Below are positions 1-15,500 of a stretch of DNA of 64,000 nt, piece by piece. This DNA comes from Macrostomum lignano (Eukaryota). Within the stretch, counting starts at the first letter, position 1; every line of letters starts with the position of its first letter. The position numbers and the translations under genes were made by a program. The notes under the pieces are model-generated. The model did no database searches, had not been told where the DNA came from, and worked only from the letters and a program-made list of their open reading frames with translations. The stretch lies in assembly GCA_002269645.1 (NCBI GenBank), contig NIVC01003365.1, positions 37,608 to 101,607 on the forward strand. Direction: 5' to 3'.

Positions 1-330
1 GGGAGCACAGCTTCACGAAACTGTTAAAAGATTGAGTCACTCCCGTCTCCAACATTATCACAAATTGAGTCACTTCCTACTCCAATACTGTCACAAATTG
101 AGTCACTCTCTACTCGAACACTGTCACAAATTGAGTCACCCCCTACTCCAATCCTGTCACAAATTGAGTCACTCCCTACTCCAATCCTGTCACAAATTGA
201 GTCCCTACTTCAACACTGTCACAAATTGAGTCACTCCCTACTCCAATCCTGTCACAAATTGAGTCCCTACTTCAACACTGTCACAAATTGAGTCACTCCC
301 TATTCCAATCCTGTCACAAATTGAGTCACT
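1..330. repeat. Intronic minisatellite, ~33-bp unit (ctgtcacaaattgagtcactccctactccaatc) with shorter variants
   Basis: About 9-10 directly visible tandem copies. Confidence 0.9.
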
Positions 331-490
331 GCTACACACAATCTTTAGAATATAGTGACCTACCCATACGCAGTTTTGAATTTGAGTAACATCACAAACA
401 CACAGTCACAATTTCAGTCACATCTTGGGTTTTGTATACAATAAGGCAATAAAATTATTTAAAATTTCTTCTCTTCAATCCCGAACGCAG

Positions 491-586
491 CGTACAATTG
501 TCCCGAGGGCACCGCCTACACCAGCTGCGGCCAGCTCCAAAGCCCATTTGTCTTCGCTAACGGACCCGACGTGCAGTGCCTGGAAG
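491..586 (+). CDS. ap2: ap2 exon, TIL-like Cys-rich (YNCPEGTAYTSCGQ...QCLE)
   Basis: cgcag| acceptor and G|gtgag donor; phase 1-1; Cys pattern continues into the next exon. Confidence 0.8.
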
Positions 587-3500
587 GTGAGAAAAGAGTT
601 CGCTTTGAGTCTCTGAGCAGCTCAGCGGTTAGCATCAGACTGCTCACAAGGGCCGGCCAGTCCCTGAGCCTGTGTACATGCCTGAAAATGGTAGATTGTT
701 TGACTGATTGACTTCAGTGGTCCTTGTAGATTGTATAGAATTTTTACCCAACACACCGGCCATTTTAACACACTTTTGAGCGGCCATTATTTCACACTTT
801 TAAATTTGATTTGATTTGACGAGAGATGGGGTGGGTGAACTGCTTGGCTTATCAGATTATCAGATTAGATAATAGGCGAGTCTATAAATGAGTCATAAAA
901 TTTTAATTAGTATACCTTTTCAACAACGGATTCGTCAAAAGTGAGTTCAAATTCGTCAGCGTATGCAAAACTATATAGCGCTCAAGGGGAAGAGAATGAG
1001 TGTCTATGGTAAATTTTTAGAGAAAGTGACTTCGAATTTGTCTAAGTAAGTGAAATTCGTCAGTACAAATACAGCCTGACCAGAAAAAGTGTTTGCTTTG
1101 TCCATGGTAAGAAAAGAAGGTGTCTATGGTAAATTTAAGTAAGAAAGTGAGTGAAGTTCGTCTGTGGAAAAGTAGCCCGATTTCTTGAAATCTTCATTTC
1201 ATGCTTTCATGCTTTGATGCTTTGAAAAGCTTGTTGCAGATTTTCCTGCTGCTCCTGCTGTGACAACGCAGGCAATCAGTCGTCGGCTTGACGGGACTTT
1301 GTGCGTTACATTGGCTGTTTGTTGTCATGTAGGGCATCTCTGACAACAATCAAAGCATGAAATGAAGATTTCAAGAAATCGGGCTACTTTTCCACAGACG
1401 AACTTCACTCACTTTCTTACTTAAATTTACCATAGACACTCATTCTCTTCCCCTTGAGCGCTATATAGTTTTGCATACGCTGACGAATTTGAACTCACTT
1501 TTGACGAATCCGAAGTTGAAAAGGTATATTATAAAATTAGTATGCCTGCTCTTATCAATTTGAAAAATCTGCCGCTGGAGTCGCTGAATGGTGTAACAAT
1601 GCCCGCTTTGACTTGTAAAATTGTGTCTGGGTAAAAGTTCTTTACAATGATAAACTCTAACTAGGCTGTTTTACCGTTTCACTGCAGACTGCCGATGCCG
1701 CATGGGTGGCCAGTGGACCCAGGCCGCCGGCAGCTGCACCGAGGCCAGCCATGTGTGCCGCTACAGAGCCGCCGTTTATCAGACTGGCGACTCAGCCAAA
1801 CTTGGCTGCCGTCAGTGGTGAGCTAAGCTTTGAGTTCATTGCGAAATTCTCAAGTATACGCATTCTGTTTAACAGAATATTAAATGCCAAATTAAATTCT
1901 TTTATCTACTCGTTCATCAAGCACCTGTCGAGAAGGCAAATGGATTCGATGCGACAACAAGGATTGTTATAGAAACACAACAATTGAGCTGAACAATTTG
2001 AGCACAGTTGGTAAGTCAAATTGAATGTTAGTTATTTGTAAAGCCTCATAGTACCTATTTAGAGAGTGAGCTATTGTATTGAATTGTCTATGGTAGAGAG
2101 TGAGCTACTGAATTGTCTATGGTAGAGAGTGAGCTATTGAATTGTCTATGGTAGAAAGTGAGCTATTGAATTGTCTATGGTACAGAGTGAGCTTTTAAAT
2201 TGTCTATGGTAGAGAGTGAGCTATTGAATTGTCTATGGTAGAGAGTGAGCTATTGAATTGTCTATGGTACAGAGTGAGCTACTGAATTGTCTATGGTAGA
2301 GAGTAGACCTTGAGTGTCTATGGTAGAGAGTGAGCTATTGAATTGTCTATGGTAGAGAGTGAGCTATTGAATTGTCTATGGTAGAGAGTGAGCTATTGAA
2401 TTGTCTATGGTAGAGAGTGAGCTATTGAATTGTCTATGGTACAGAGTGAGCTACTGAATTGTCTATGGTAGAGAGTAGACTTTGAGTGTCTATGGTAGAG
2501 AGTGAGCTATTGAATTGTCTATGGTAGAGAGTGAGCTATTGAATTGTCTATGGTAGAGAGTGAGCTACTGAATTGTCTATGGTAGAGAGTGAGCTATTGA
2601 ATTGTCTATGGTAGAAAGTGAGCTATTGAATTGTCTATGGTAGAGAGTGAGCTATTGAATTGTCTATGGTAGAGAGTGAGCTACTGAATTGTCTATGGTA
2701 GAGAGTAACCCTTGAGTGTCTATGGTAGAGAGTGAGCTATTGAATTTTCTATGGTAGAGAGTGAGCTTTTGAATTGTCTATGGTACAGAGTGAGCTACTG
2801 AATTGTCTATGGTAGAGAGTAGACCTTGAGTGTCTATGGTTGAGAGTGAGCTATTGAATTGTCTATGGTAGAGAGTGAGCTACTGAATTGTCTATGGTAG
2901 AGAGTGAGCTATTGAATTGTCTATGGTAGAGAGTAGACCTTGAGTGTCTATGATTGAGAGGATGGTTGCGAGTTTGAGTTGATTGATAGGGAGCACAATC
3001 ATTATCAATGTTTATATTATAGATCTATTGATAATAATGCGTGGGCGTATTCTTTCAGCGCCATGCACTGGACATTCGTTTGCTTGCCGAAATTCGGACG
3101 CCTGCCTGCACAGATCGAAGGTGTGCGATGGAGTCCCCGACTGTAGCGATGGTTCGGACGAGATGTCCTGCGGTAGGCTCTGCGATTAGTATCTTTACTA
3201 TTTTTAGAAACCAAAAAATAACCCTGGTATTATTTGAATCACCCAATTTGCAGAGGGCTGTCCCGCATTCAAGCTGAAGTGCCGCCGGTCCAATCTGTGT
3301 ATTGCCAAGTCGGAGGTCTGCGATGGCAAGCACCAGTGCCGCCTGGGCAACTCTACGGACGATTCGGACGAAGAGAACTGCGCAACCGGCGCTACAACAA
3401 GCGCGCCTCAGAAGAAGCCCATTGAAGGCACTGACAGCTGCTATCGGCCTCTGCTTCAGTCTGGACTAATCAAGGAGAGTCAGGTAAGAATTACTGAGAA

Positions 3501-6500
3501 CTTTGCGCCAACTCACGGCTACAGACGGGCCGAACTGCTGGACTCGCGTAAGCGGCCGTATTTGCTTAGCAAAGGCAGAACAGTGTTCGAGTTGCGACTC
3601 TCGCCAGCCGGCTCCGCTGTCCGCGTCAGCTCAGTGCTGCTGCAAATCCAGTCCAACCATCGTAGAGGACTGAAGGCGATTCGCTTGTACGCCAACTCCA
3701 ACAAGACCTGGCAGCTTCTGGAGGCAAAAGAGAGCAACATAGCCTGCACCCGCTGTCTTATTAAGCTCAACAAGCTACCATTCGCCGCTGAAAAGCTGAA
3801 GTTCAAAATCCAATCAAGGAGCTCGATGAAGATCCAATTGGAAATAAATGGTTGTCCAGGCCAAAATCTGGAATCGGGAAGGTGCCGCAGACTTCCAGCC
3901 ACTGCCTGCAATGTGAAGGTGTACAAGAGCATTACCTACAACAGAGAGTATTCGGGAGAGGAAAAAAGTCGTTTGGTTTTGCCACGGACGGAGTACTCAC
4001 TGCTCAAGCAGGGATCGAGTGAAATCGTCATTGGAGTCCCAGAAATGGTGCGAATCTGTGCAGTAATTATCAAGAGCAAACTGCCAAGCGATGGCAAGCC
4101 AACCGCTAATGTGGTTTCGTTTGTGTACGACAAGAAACTGAGCGAATTGACTCTTGTTTCTAAGCTTCCAGTTAGTACAAACACGACAACAATTACGATC
4201 AGCAAACCAACAAACGAGTATAAGGCCGTGCTGTACTCAAAAGATCCAATTAGAATATCAATTGAAATCCAGGTTAAAAAGCAACCAGTTACAAAGAACG
4301 AACCGAAGCAGCAGAAAATTGCTTGCAAAGGCTCCTTGCCGGACTCTGAAGTTAGTGGCAAAGTTCGAGTTCTAAGAATGACAGCGCTGGATTCACGTCA
4401 GGAATACACACAATCGGATCGAAGACAGCTTCTGCGCAAGGGCGCCGCGCTGAGTTCAGGAAGAACGGACGTACTTGTGCAGTTTAGTCTAAAGCAAACT
4501 GACGTCATTGAGGCGCTTCAAGTACTGACAACCACTCCAGGAGCCGACGCGAAAGTTACCGCTAGAGAACTGCAGCTTTGCACTCGAGACCGATGCTCAA
4601 AGGTCAAAATGTCTGCACCATCAGTCCAACAAACCAACATGGTCATTCGCGCGCGAGCCAGGTTTTTGAAAATCATTCTTGATTCTCCAACTAGCCACTA
4701 TGCAAAAAATGCAAAGCTGAAGTTTCACTTTTGTAGCAGGAATAAGCCGCACGTCTGCAAGGAAAGATACCTGGAGCGCTGCAATGTGCCACTAATGAAG
4801 AGCATTACATTTGGAAAGCGATATGACGCGTACACGGTAAAAGCACTGCTGCAAGGCCGGCCAGTAAGACTACTCAGAGGATATACAAAAATTACACTCA
4901 TCAATTTAAACCTTGCTGAGTCAGTAATATTAAAAAAAACCGGTGGTAGAAGACCTCTAAAACTAATAATTTCGCTCACCACTACTAATGAAAGGAAACG
5001 AAAAACTACGATAACAAAATTTGACACTGTCTACAGCGCCAAGCTTCCAACCGGCTACACAAAAATGATCATCACGATAAAATCAAAAGAACCGTCTAAA
5101 CTAGCACTCTTTAAAAAGGAATGCCAAAAACCCAACAAAATACCCAACCGAGAGCCAAAAACCGCTGCACACACAACCACTATCGCACCTGCAACGACAA
5201 CACTCGAACCGACAAAACGGCCAACAACGGCGAGCACTGCGGCCGCAAAGACAACCAAGGCCCCTGTGCTGACTACAACCACCAAGCGACGACGAGTGTG
5301 CAAGAAGAAGATGGCGTTCGACAGTAACGTGCTTCGTCCTGAGGATGTTGTGGAGGTGAAGCGCGTGCCGCAGAATGAGCCCTACGACGAGCCAGAGAAG
5401 AAGTCGCTGCTTCCAGGTAGACGCGGCCTGCCACTCAGAAAGGGTGACACGCTGGTCCGCATTGACCTGAGCAGGCTGCCGGAGGGAAGCCGGGTCGCCG
5501 AGATCAAGGTGAGCGCCGACAAGCCGAAGCGAATCACAAAGGTGTCTGTGACAGAAGTGACCAACAACGAGAGAACTCCGGTTGGCAAGGCTGAACAGCC
5601 AGGCGACGAGCCGTTGAGTCGCGACGACCTGGAATCGATCCCACTGACGCCGACCAGACGAACTCCCGACCTGATCGAGGTGCGAATCAGAAGAGGCTCC
5701 AAGCGACCCGTCAGGGTGACGCTGGAGGTCAAGGTGTGTCTCAAGAAGAAGCCGGCGACTACAACAACGCAGAGTACTACGACATCGGCAACGACAACGA
5801 GAAGACCGAGCACTGCCGGATTGACAACAGAAACAACGCGCACTACACGGGGCACACCGGCCGGCGAAAAGGTGACCTTCCCGATGCCGTCCATCACGAG
5901 CAGGAAATCGACCGGTAGAACTACGCGCCAGAAGAAGTCGACAACAACGGCTGGCAGATCGACAACGAGCACGTCGACGAAACGGCCAACGACGGCGAGC
6001 ACTGCGGCCGCAAAGACAACCAAGGCCCCTGTGCTGACTACAACCACCAAGCGACGACGAGTGTGCAAGAAGAAGATGGCGTTCGACAGTAACGTGCTTC
6101 GTCCTGAGGATGTTGTGGAGGTGAAGCGCGTGCCGCAGAATGAGCCCTACGACGAGCCAGAGAAGAAGTCGCTGCTTCCAGGTAGACGCGGCCTGCCACT
6201 CAGAAAGGGTGACACGCTGGTCCGCATTGACCTGAGCAGGCTGCCGGAGGGAAGCCGGGTCGCCGAGATCAAGGTGAGCGCCGACAAGCCGAAGCGAATC
6301 ACAAAGGTGTCTGTGACAGAAGTGACCAACAACGAGAGAACTCCGGTTGGCAAGGCTGAACAGCCAGGCGACGAGCCGTTGAGTCGCGACGACCTGGAAT
6401 CGATCCCACTGACGCCGACCAGACGAACTCCCGACCTGATCGAGGTGCGAATCAGAAGAGGCTCCAAGCGACCGTCAGGGTGACGCTGGAGGTCAAGGTG

Positions 6501-9500
6501 TGTCTCAAGAAGAAGCCGGCGACTACAACAACGCAGAGTACTACGACATCGGCAACGACAACGAGAAGACCGAGCACTGCCGGATTGACAACAGAAACAA
6601 CGCGCACTACACGGGGCACACCGGCCGGCGAAAAGGTGACCTTCCCGATGCCGTCCATCACGAGCAGGAAATCGACCGGTAGAACTACGCGCCAGAAGAA
6701 GTCGACAACAACGGCTGGCAGATCGACAACGAGCACGTCGACGAAACGGCCAACGACGGCGAGCACTGCGGCCGCAAAGACAACCAAGGCCCCTGTGCTG
6801 ACTACAACCACCAAGCGACGACGAGTGTGCAAGAAGAAGATGGCGTTCGACAGTAACGTGCTTCGTCCTGAGGATGTTGTGGAGGTGAAGCGCGTGCCGC
6901 AGAATGAGCCCTACGACGAGCCAGAGAAGAAGTCGCTGCTTCCAGGTAGACGCGGCCTGCCACTCAGAAAGGGTGACACGCTGGTCCGCATTGACCTGAG
7001 CAGGCTGCCGGAGGGAAGCCGGGTCGCCGAGATCAAGGTGAGCGCCGACAAGCCGAAGCGAATCACAAAGGTGTCTGTGACAGAAGTGACCAACAACGAG
7101 AGAACTCCGGTTGGCAAGGCTGAACAGCCAGGCGACGAGCCGTTGAGTCGCGACGACCTGGAATCGATCCCACTGACGCCGACCAGACGAACTCCCGACC
7201 TGATCGAGGTGCGAATCAGAAGAGGCTCCAAGCGACCGTCAGGGTGACGCTGGAGGTCAAGGTGTGTCTCAAGAAGAAGCCGGCGACTACAACAACGCAG
7301 AGTACTACGACATCGGCAACGACAACGAGAAGACCGAGCACTGCCGGATTGACAACAGAAACAACGCGCACTACACGGGGCACACCGGCCGGCGAAAAGG
7401 TGACCTTCCCGATGCCGTCCATCACGAGCAGGAAATCGACCGGTAGAACTACGCGCCAGAAGAAGTCGACAACAACGGCTGGCAGATCGACAACGAGCAC
7501 GTCGACGAAACGGCCAACGACGGCGAGCACTGCGGCCGCAAAGACAACCAAGGCCCCTGTGCTGACTACAACCACCAAGCGACGACGAGTGTGCAAGAAG
7601 AAGATGGCGTTCGACAGTAACGTGCTTCGTCCTGAGGATGTTGTGGAGGTGAAGCGCGTGCCGCAGAATGAGCCCTACGACGAGCCAGAGAAGAAGTCGC
7701 TGCTTCCAGGTAGACGCGGCCTGCCACTCAGAAAGGGTGACACGCTGGTCCGCATTGACCTGAGCAGGCTGCCGGAGGGAAGCCGGGTCGCCGAGATCAA
7801 GGTGAGCGCCGACAAGCCGAAGCGAATCACAAAGGTGTCTGTGACAGAAGTGACCAACAACGAGAGAACTCCGGTTGGCAAGGCTGAACAGCCAGGCGAC
7901 GAGCCGTTGAGTCGCGACGACCTGGAATCGATCCCACTGACGCCGACCAGACGAACTCCCGACCTGATCGAGGTGCGAATCAGAAGAGGCTCCAAGCGAC
8001 CGTCAGGGTGACGCTGGAGGTCAAGGTGTGTCTCAAGAAGAAGCCGGCGACTACAACAACGCAGAGTACTACGACATCGGCAACGACAACGAGAAGACCG
8101 AGCACTGCCGGATTGACAACAGAAACAACGCGCACTACACGGGGCACACCGGCCGGCGAAAAGGTGACCTTCCCGATGCCGTCCATCACGAGCAGGAAAT
8201 CGACCGGTAGAACTACGCGCCAGAAGAAGTCGACAACAACGGCTGGCAGATCGACAACGAGCACGTCGACGAAACGGCCAACGACGGCGAGCACTGCGGC
8301 CGCAAAGACAACCAAGGCCCCTGTGCTGACTACAACCACCAAGCGACGACGAGTGTGCAAGAAGAAGATGGCGTTCGACAGTAACGTGCTTCGTCCTGAG
8401 GATGTTGTGGAGGTGAAGCGCGTGCCGCAGAATGAGCCCTACGACGAGCCAGAGAAGAAGTCGCTGCTTCCAGGTAGACGCGGCCTGCCACTCAGAAAGG
8501 GTGACACGCTGGTCCGCATTGACCTGAGCAGGCTGCCGGAGGGAAGCCGGGTCGCCGAGATCAAGGTGAGCGCCGACAAGCCGAAGCGAATCACAAAGGT
8601 GTCTGTGACAGAAGTGACCAACAACGAGAGAACTCCGGTTGGCAAGGCTGAACAGCCAGGCGACGAGCCGTTGAGTCGCGACGACCTGGAATCGATCCCA
8701 CTGACGCCGACCAGACGAACTCCCGACCTGATCGAGGTGCGAATCAGAAGAGGCTCCAAGCGACCGTCAGGGTGACGCTGGAGGTCAAGGTGTGTCTCAA
8801 GAAGAAGCCGGCGACTACAACAACGCAGAGTACTACGACATCGGCAACGACAACGAGAAGACCGAGCACTGCCGGATTGACAACAGAAACAACGCGCACT
8901 ACACGGGGCACACCGGCCGGCGAAAAGGTGACCTTCCCGATGCCGTCCATCACGAGCAGGAAATCGACCGGTAGAACTACGCGCCAGAAGAAGTCGACAA
9001 CAACGGCTGGCAGATCGACAACGAGCACGTCGACGAAACGGCCAACGACGGCGAGCACTGCGGCCGCAAAGACAACCAAGGCCCCTGTGCTGACTACAAC
9101 CACCAAGCGACGACGAGTGTGCAAGAAGAAGATGGCGTTCGACAGTAACGTGCTTCGTCCTGAGGATGTTGTGGAGGTGAAGCGCGTGCCGCAGAATGAG
9201 CCCTACGACGAGCCAGAGAAGAAGTCGCTGCTTCCAGGTAGACGCGGCCTGCCACTCAGAAAGGGTGACACGCTGGTCCGCATTGACCTGAGCAGGCTGC
9301 CGGAGGGAAGCCGGGTCGCCGAGATCAAGGTGAGCGCCGACAAGCCGAAGCGAATCACAAAGGTGTCTGTGACAGAAGTGACCAACAACGAGAGAACTCC
9401 GGTTGGCAAGGCTGAACAGCCAGGCGACGAGCCGTTGAGTCGCGACGACCTGGAATCGATCCCACTGACGCCGACCAGACGAACTCCCGACCTGATCGAG

Positions 9501-12500
9501 GTGCGAATCAGAAGAGGCTCCAAGCGACCGTCAGGGTGACGCTGGAGGTCAAGGTGTGTCTCAAGAAGAAGCCGGCGACTACAACAACGCAGAGTACTAC
9601 GACATCGGCAACGACAACGAGAAGACCGAGCACTGCCGGATTGACAACAGAAACAACGCGCACTACACGGGGCACACCGGCCGGCGAAAAGGTGACCTTC
9701 CCGATGCCGTCCATCACGAGCAGGAAATCGACCGGTAGAACTACGCGCCAGAAGAAGTCGACAACAACGGCTGGCAGATCGACAACGAGCACGTCGACGA
9801 AACGGCCAACGACGGCGAGCACTGCGGCCGCAAAGACAACCAAGGCCCCTGTGCTGACTACAACCACCAAGCGACGACGAGTGTGCAAGAAGAAGATGGC
9901 GTTCGACAGTAACGTGCTTCGTCCTGAGGATGTTGTGGAGGTGAAGCGCGTGCCGCAGAATGAGCCCTACGACGAGCCAGAGAAGAAGTCGCTGCTTCCA
10001 GGTAGACGCGGCCTGCCACTCAGAAAGGGTGACACGCTGGTCCGCATTGACCTGAGCAGGCTGCCGGAGGGAAGCCGGGTCGCCGAGATCAAGGTGAGCG
10101 CCGACAAGCCGAAGCGAATCACAAAGGTGTCTGTGACAGAAGTGACCAACAACGAGAGAACTCCGGTTGGCAAGGCTGAACAGCCAGGCGACGAGCCGTT
10201 GAGTCGCGACGACCTGGAATCGATCCCACTGACGCCGACCAGACGAACTCCCGACCTGATCGAGGTGCGAATCAGAAGAGGCTCCAAGCGACCGTCAGGG
10301 TGACGCTGGAGGTCAAGGTGTGTCTCAAGAAGAAGCCGGCGACTACAACAACGCAGAGTACTACGACATCGGCAACGACAACGAGAAGACCGAGCACTGC
10401 CGGATTGACAACAGAAACAACGCGCACTACACGGGGCACACCGGCCGGCGAAAAGGTGACCTTCCCGATGCCGTCCATCACGAGCAGGAAATCGACCGGT
10501 AGAACTACGCGCCAGAAGAAGTCGACAACAACGGCTGGCAGATCGACAACGAGCACGTCGACGAAACGGCCAACGACGGCGAGCACTGCGGCCGCAAAGA
10601 CAACCAAGGCCCCTGTGCTGACTACAACCACCAAGCGACGACGAGTGTGCAAGAAGAAGATGGCGTTCGACAGTAACGTGCTTCGTCCTGAGGATGTTGT
10701 GGAGGTGAAGCGCGTGCCGCAGAATGAGCCCTACGACGAGCCAGAGAAGAAGTCGCTGCTTCCAGGTAGACGCGGCCTGCCACTCAGAAAGGGTGACACG
10801 CTGGTCCGCATTGACCTGAGCAGGCTGCCGGAGGGAAGCCGGGTCGCCGAGATCAAGGTGAGCGCCGACAAGCCGAAGCGAATCACAAAGGTGTCTGTGA
10901 CAGAAGTGACCAACAACGAGAGAACTCCGGTTGGCAAGGCTGAACAGCCAGGCGACGAGCCGTTGAGTCGCGACGACCTGGAATCGATCCCACTGACGCC
11001 GACCAGACGAACTCCCGACCTGATCGAGGTGCGAATCAGAAGAGGCTCCAAGCGACCGTCAGGGTGACGCTGGAGGTCAAGGTGTGTCTCAAGAAGAAGC
11101 CGGCGACTACAACAACGCAGAGTACTACGACATCGGCAACGACAACGAGAAGACCGAGCACTGCCGGATTGACAACAGAAACAACGCGCACTACACGGGG
11201 CACACCGGCCGGCGAAAAGGTGACCTTCCCGATGCCGTCCATCACGAGCAGGAAATCGACCGGTAGAACTACGCGCCAGAAGAAGTCGACAACAACGGCT
11301 GGCAGATCGACAACGAGCACGTCGACGAAACGGCCAACGACGGCGAGCACTGCGGCCGCAAAGACAACCAAGGCCCCTGTGCTGACTACAACCACCAAGC
11401 GACGACGAGTGTGCAAGAAGAAGATGGCGTTCGACAGTAACGTGCTTCGTCCTGAGGATGTTGTGGAGGTGAAGCGCGTGCCGCAGAATGAGCCCTACGA
11501 CGAGCCAGAGAAGAAGTCGCTGCTTCCAGGTAGACGCGGCCTGCCACTCAGAAAGGGTGACACGCTGGTCCGCATTGACCTGAGCAGGCTGCCGGAGGGA
11601 AGCCGGGTCGCCGAGATCAAGGTGAGCGCCGACAAGCCGAAGCGAATCACAAAGGTGTCTGTGACAGAAGTGACCAACAACGAGAGAACTCCGGTTGGCA
11701 AGGCTGAACAGCCAGGCGACGAGCCGTTGAGTCGCGACGACCTGGAATCGATCCCACTGACGCCGACCAGACGAACTCCCGACCTGATCGAGGTGCGAAT
11801 CAGAAGAGGCTCCAAGCGACCGTCAGGGTGACGCTGGAGGTCAAGGTGTGTCTCAAGAAGAAGCCGGCGACTACAACAACGCAGAGTACTACGACATCGG
11901 CAACGACAACGAGAAGACCGAGCACTGCCGGATTGACAACAGAAACAACGCGCACTACACGGGGCACACCGGCCGGCGAAAAGGTGACCTTCCCGATGCC
12001 GTCCATCACGAGCAGGAAATCGACCGGTAGAACTACGCGCCAGAAGAAGTCGACAACAACGGCTGGCAGATCGACAACGAGCACGTCGACGAAACGGCCA
12101 ACGACGGCGAGCACTGCGGCCGCAAAGACAACCAAGGCCCCTGTGCTGACTACAACCACCAAGCGACGACGAGTGTGCAAGAAGAAGATGGCGTTCGACA
12201 GTAACGTGCTTCGTCCTGAGGATGTTGTGGAGGTGAAGCGCGTGCCGCAGAATGAGCCCTACGACGAGCCAGAGAAGAAGTCGCTGCTTCCAGGTAGACG
12301 CGGCCTGCCACTCAGAAAGGGTGACACGCTGGTCCGCATTGACCTGAGCAGGCTGCCGGAGGGAAGCCGGGTCGCCGAGATCAAGGTGAGCGCCGACAAG
12401 CCGAAGCGAATCACAAAGGTGTCTGTGACAGAAGTGACCAACAACGAGAGAACTCCGGTTGGCAAGGCTGAACAGCCAGGCGACGAGCCGTTGAGTCGCG

Positions 12501-15500
12501 ACGACCTGGAATCGATCCCACTGACGCCGACCAGACGAACTCCCGACCTGATCGAGGTGCGAATCAGAAGAGGCTCCAAGCGACCGTCAGGGTGACGCTG
12601 GAGGTCAAGGTGTGTCTCAAGAAGAAGCCGGCGACTACAACAACGCAGAGTACTACGACATCGGCAACGACAACGAGAAGACCGAGCACTGCCGGATTGA
12701 CAACAGAAACAACGCGCACTACACGGGGCACACCGGCCGGCGAAAAGGTGACCTTCCCGATGCCGTCCATCACGAGCAGGAAATCGACCGGTAGAACTAC
12801 GCGCCAGAAGAAGTCGACAACAACGGCTGGCAGATCGACAACGAGCACGTCGACGAAACGGCCAACGACGGCGAGCACTGCGGCCGCAAAGACAACCAAG
12901 GCCCCTGTGCTGACTACAACCACCAAGCGACGACGAGTGTGCAAGAAGAAGATGGCGTTCGACAGTAACGTGCTTCGTCCTGAGGATGTTGTGGAGGTGA
13001 AGCGCGTGCCGCAGAATGAGCCCTACGACGAGCCAGAGAAGAAGTCGCTGCTTCCAGGTAGACGCGGCCTGCCACTCAGAAAGGGTGACACGCTGGTCCG
13101 CATTGACCTGAGCAGGCTGCCGGAGGGAAGCCGGGTCGCCGAGATCAAGGTGAGCGCCGACAAGCCGAAGCGAATCACAAAGGTGTCTGTGACAGAAGTG
13201 ACCAACAACGAGAGAACTCCGGTTGGCAAGGCTGAACAGCCAGGCGACGAGCCGTTGAGTCGCGACGACCTGGAATCGATCCCACTGACGCCGACCAGAC
13301 GAACTCCCGACCTGATCGAGGTGCGAATCAGAAGAGGCTCCAAGCGACCGTCAGGGTGACGCTGGAGGTCAAGGTGTGTCTCAAGAAGAAGCCGGCGACT
13401 ACAACAACGCAGAGTACTACGACATCGGCAACGACAACGAGAAGACCGAGCACTGCCGGATTGACAACAGAAACAACGCGCACTACACGGGGCACACCGG
13501 CCGGCGAAAAGGTGACCTTCCCGATGCCGTCCATCACGAGCAGGAAATCGACCGGTAGAACTACGCGCCAGAAGAAGTCGACAACAACGGCTGGCAGATC
13601 GACAACGAGCACGTCGACGAAACGGCCAACGACGGCGAGCACTGCGGCCGCAAAGACAACCAAGGCCCCTGTGCTGACTACAACCACCAAGCGACGACGA
13701 GTGTGCAAGAAGAAGATGGCGTTCGACAGTAACGTGCTTCGTCCTGAGGATGTTGTGGAGGTGAAGCGCGTGCCGCAGAATGAGCCCTACGACGAGCCAG
13801 AGAAGAAGTCGCTGCTTCCAGGTAGACGCGGCCTGCCACTCAGAAAGGGTGACACGCTGGTCCGCATTGACCTGAGCAGGCTGCCGGAGGGAAGCCGGGT
13901 CGCCGAGATCAAGGTGAGCGCCGACAAGCCGAAGCGAATCACAAAGGTGTCTGTGACAGAAGTGACCAACAACGAGAGAACTCCGGTTGGCAAGGCTGAA
14001 CAGCCAGGCGACGAGCCGTTGAGTCGCGACGACCTGGAATCGATCCCACTGACGCCGACCAGACGAACTCCCGACCTGATCGAGGTGCGAATCAGAAGAG
14101 GCTCCAAGCGACCGTCAGGGTGACGCTGGAGGTCAAGGTGTGTCTCAAGAAGAAGCCGGCGACTACAACAACGCAGAGTACTACGACATCGGCAACGACA
14201 ACGAGAAGACCGAGCACTGCCGGATTGACAACAGAAACAACGCGCACTACACGGGGCACACCGGCCGGCGAAAAGGTGACCTTCCCGATGCCGTCCATCA
14301 CGAGCAGGAAATCGACCGGTAGAACTACGCGCCAGAAGAAGTCGACAACAACGGCTGGCAGATCGACAACGAGCACGTCGACGAAACGGCCAACGACGGC
14401 GAGCACTGCGGCCGCAAAGACAACCAAGGCCCCTGTGCTGACTACAACCACCAAGCGACGACGAGTGTGCAAGAAGAAGATGGCGTTCGACAGTAACGTG
14501 CTTCGTCCTGAGGATGTTGTGGAGGTGAAGCGCGTGCCGCAGAATGAGCCCTACGACGAGCCAGAGAAGAAGTCGCTGCTTCCAGGTAGACGCGGCCTGC
14601 CACTCAGAAAGGGTGACACGCTGGTCCGCATTGACCTGAGCAGGCTGCCGGAGGGAAGCCGGGTCGCCGAGATCAAGGTGAGCGCCGACAAGCCGAAGCG
14701 AATCACAAAGGTGTCTGTGACAGAAGTGACCAACAACGAGAGAACTCCGGTTGGCAAGGCTGAACAGCCAGGCGACGAGCCGTTGAGTCGCGACGACCTG
14801 GAATCGATCCCACTGACGCCGACCAGACGAACTCCCGACCTGATCGAGGTGCGAATCAGAAGAGGCTCCAAGCGACCGTCAGGGTGACGCTGGAGGTCAA
14901 GGTGTGTCTCAAGAAGAAGCCGGCGACTACAACAACGCAGAGTACTACGACATCGGCAACGACAACGAGAAGACCGAGCACTGCCGGATTGACAACAGAA
15001 ACAACGCGCACTACACGGGGCACACCGGCCGGCGAAAAGGTGACCTTCCCGATGCCGTCCATCACGAGCAGGAAATCGACCGGTAGAACTACGCGCCAGA
15101 AGAAGTCGACAACAACGGCTGGCAGATCGACAACGAGCACGTCGACGAAACGGCCAACGACGGCGAGCACTGCGGCCGCAAAGACAACCAAGGCCCCTGT
15201 GCTGACTACAACCACCAAGCGACGACGAGTGTGCAAGAAGAAGATGGCGTTCGACAGTAACGTGCTTCGTCCTGAGGATGTTGTGGAGGTGAAGCGCGTG
15301 CCGCAGAATGAGCCCTACGACGAGCCAGAGAAGAAGTCGCTGCTTCCAGGTAGACGCGGCCTGCCACTCAGAAAGGGTGACACGCTGGTCCGCATTGACC
15401 TGAGCAGGCTGCCGGAGGGAAGCCGGGTCGCCGAGATCAAGGTGAGCGCCGACAAGCCGAAGCGAATCACAAAGGTGTCTGTGACAGAAGTGACCAACAA

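Noticed and set aside
2053-2955. CRISPR-like appearance of the 29-bp, 26-bp and 20-bp arrays
   Set aside because: Head-to-tail repeats with no unique spacers and no cas genes, in a spliced eukaryotic context.
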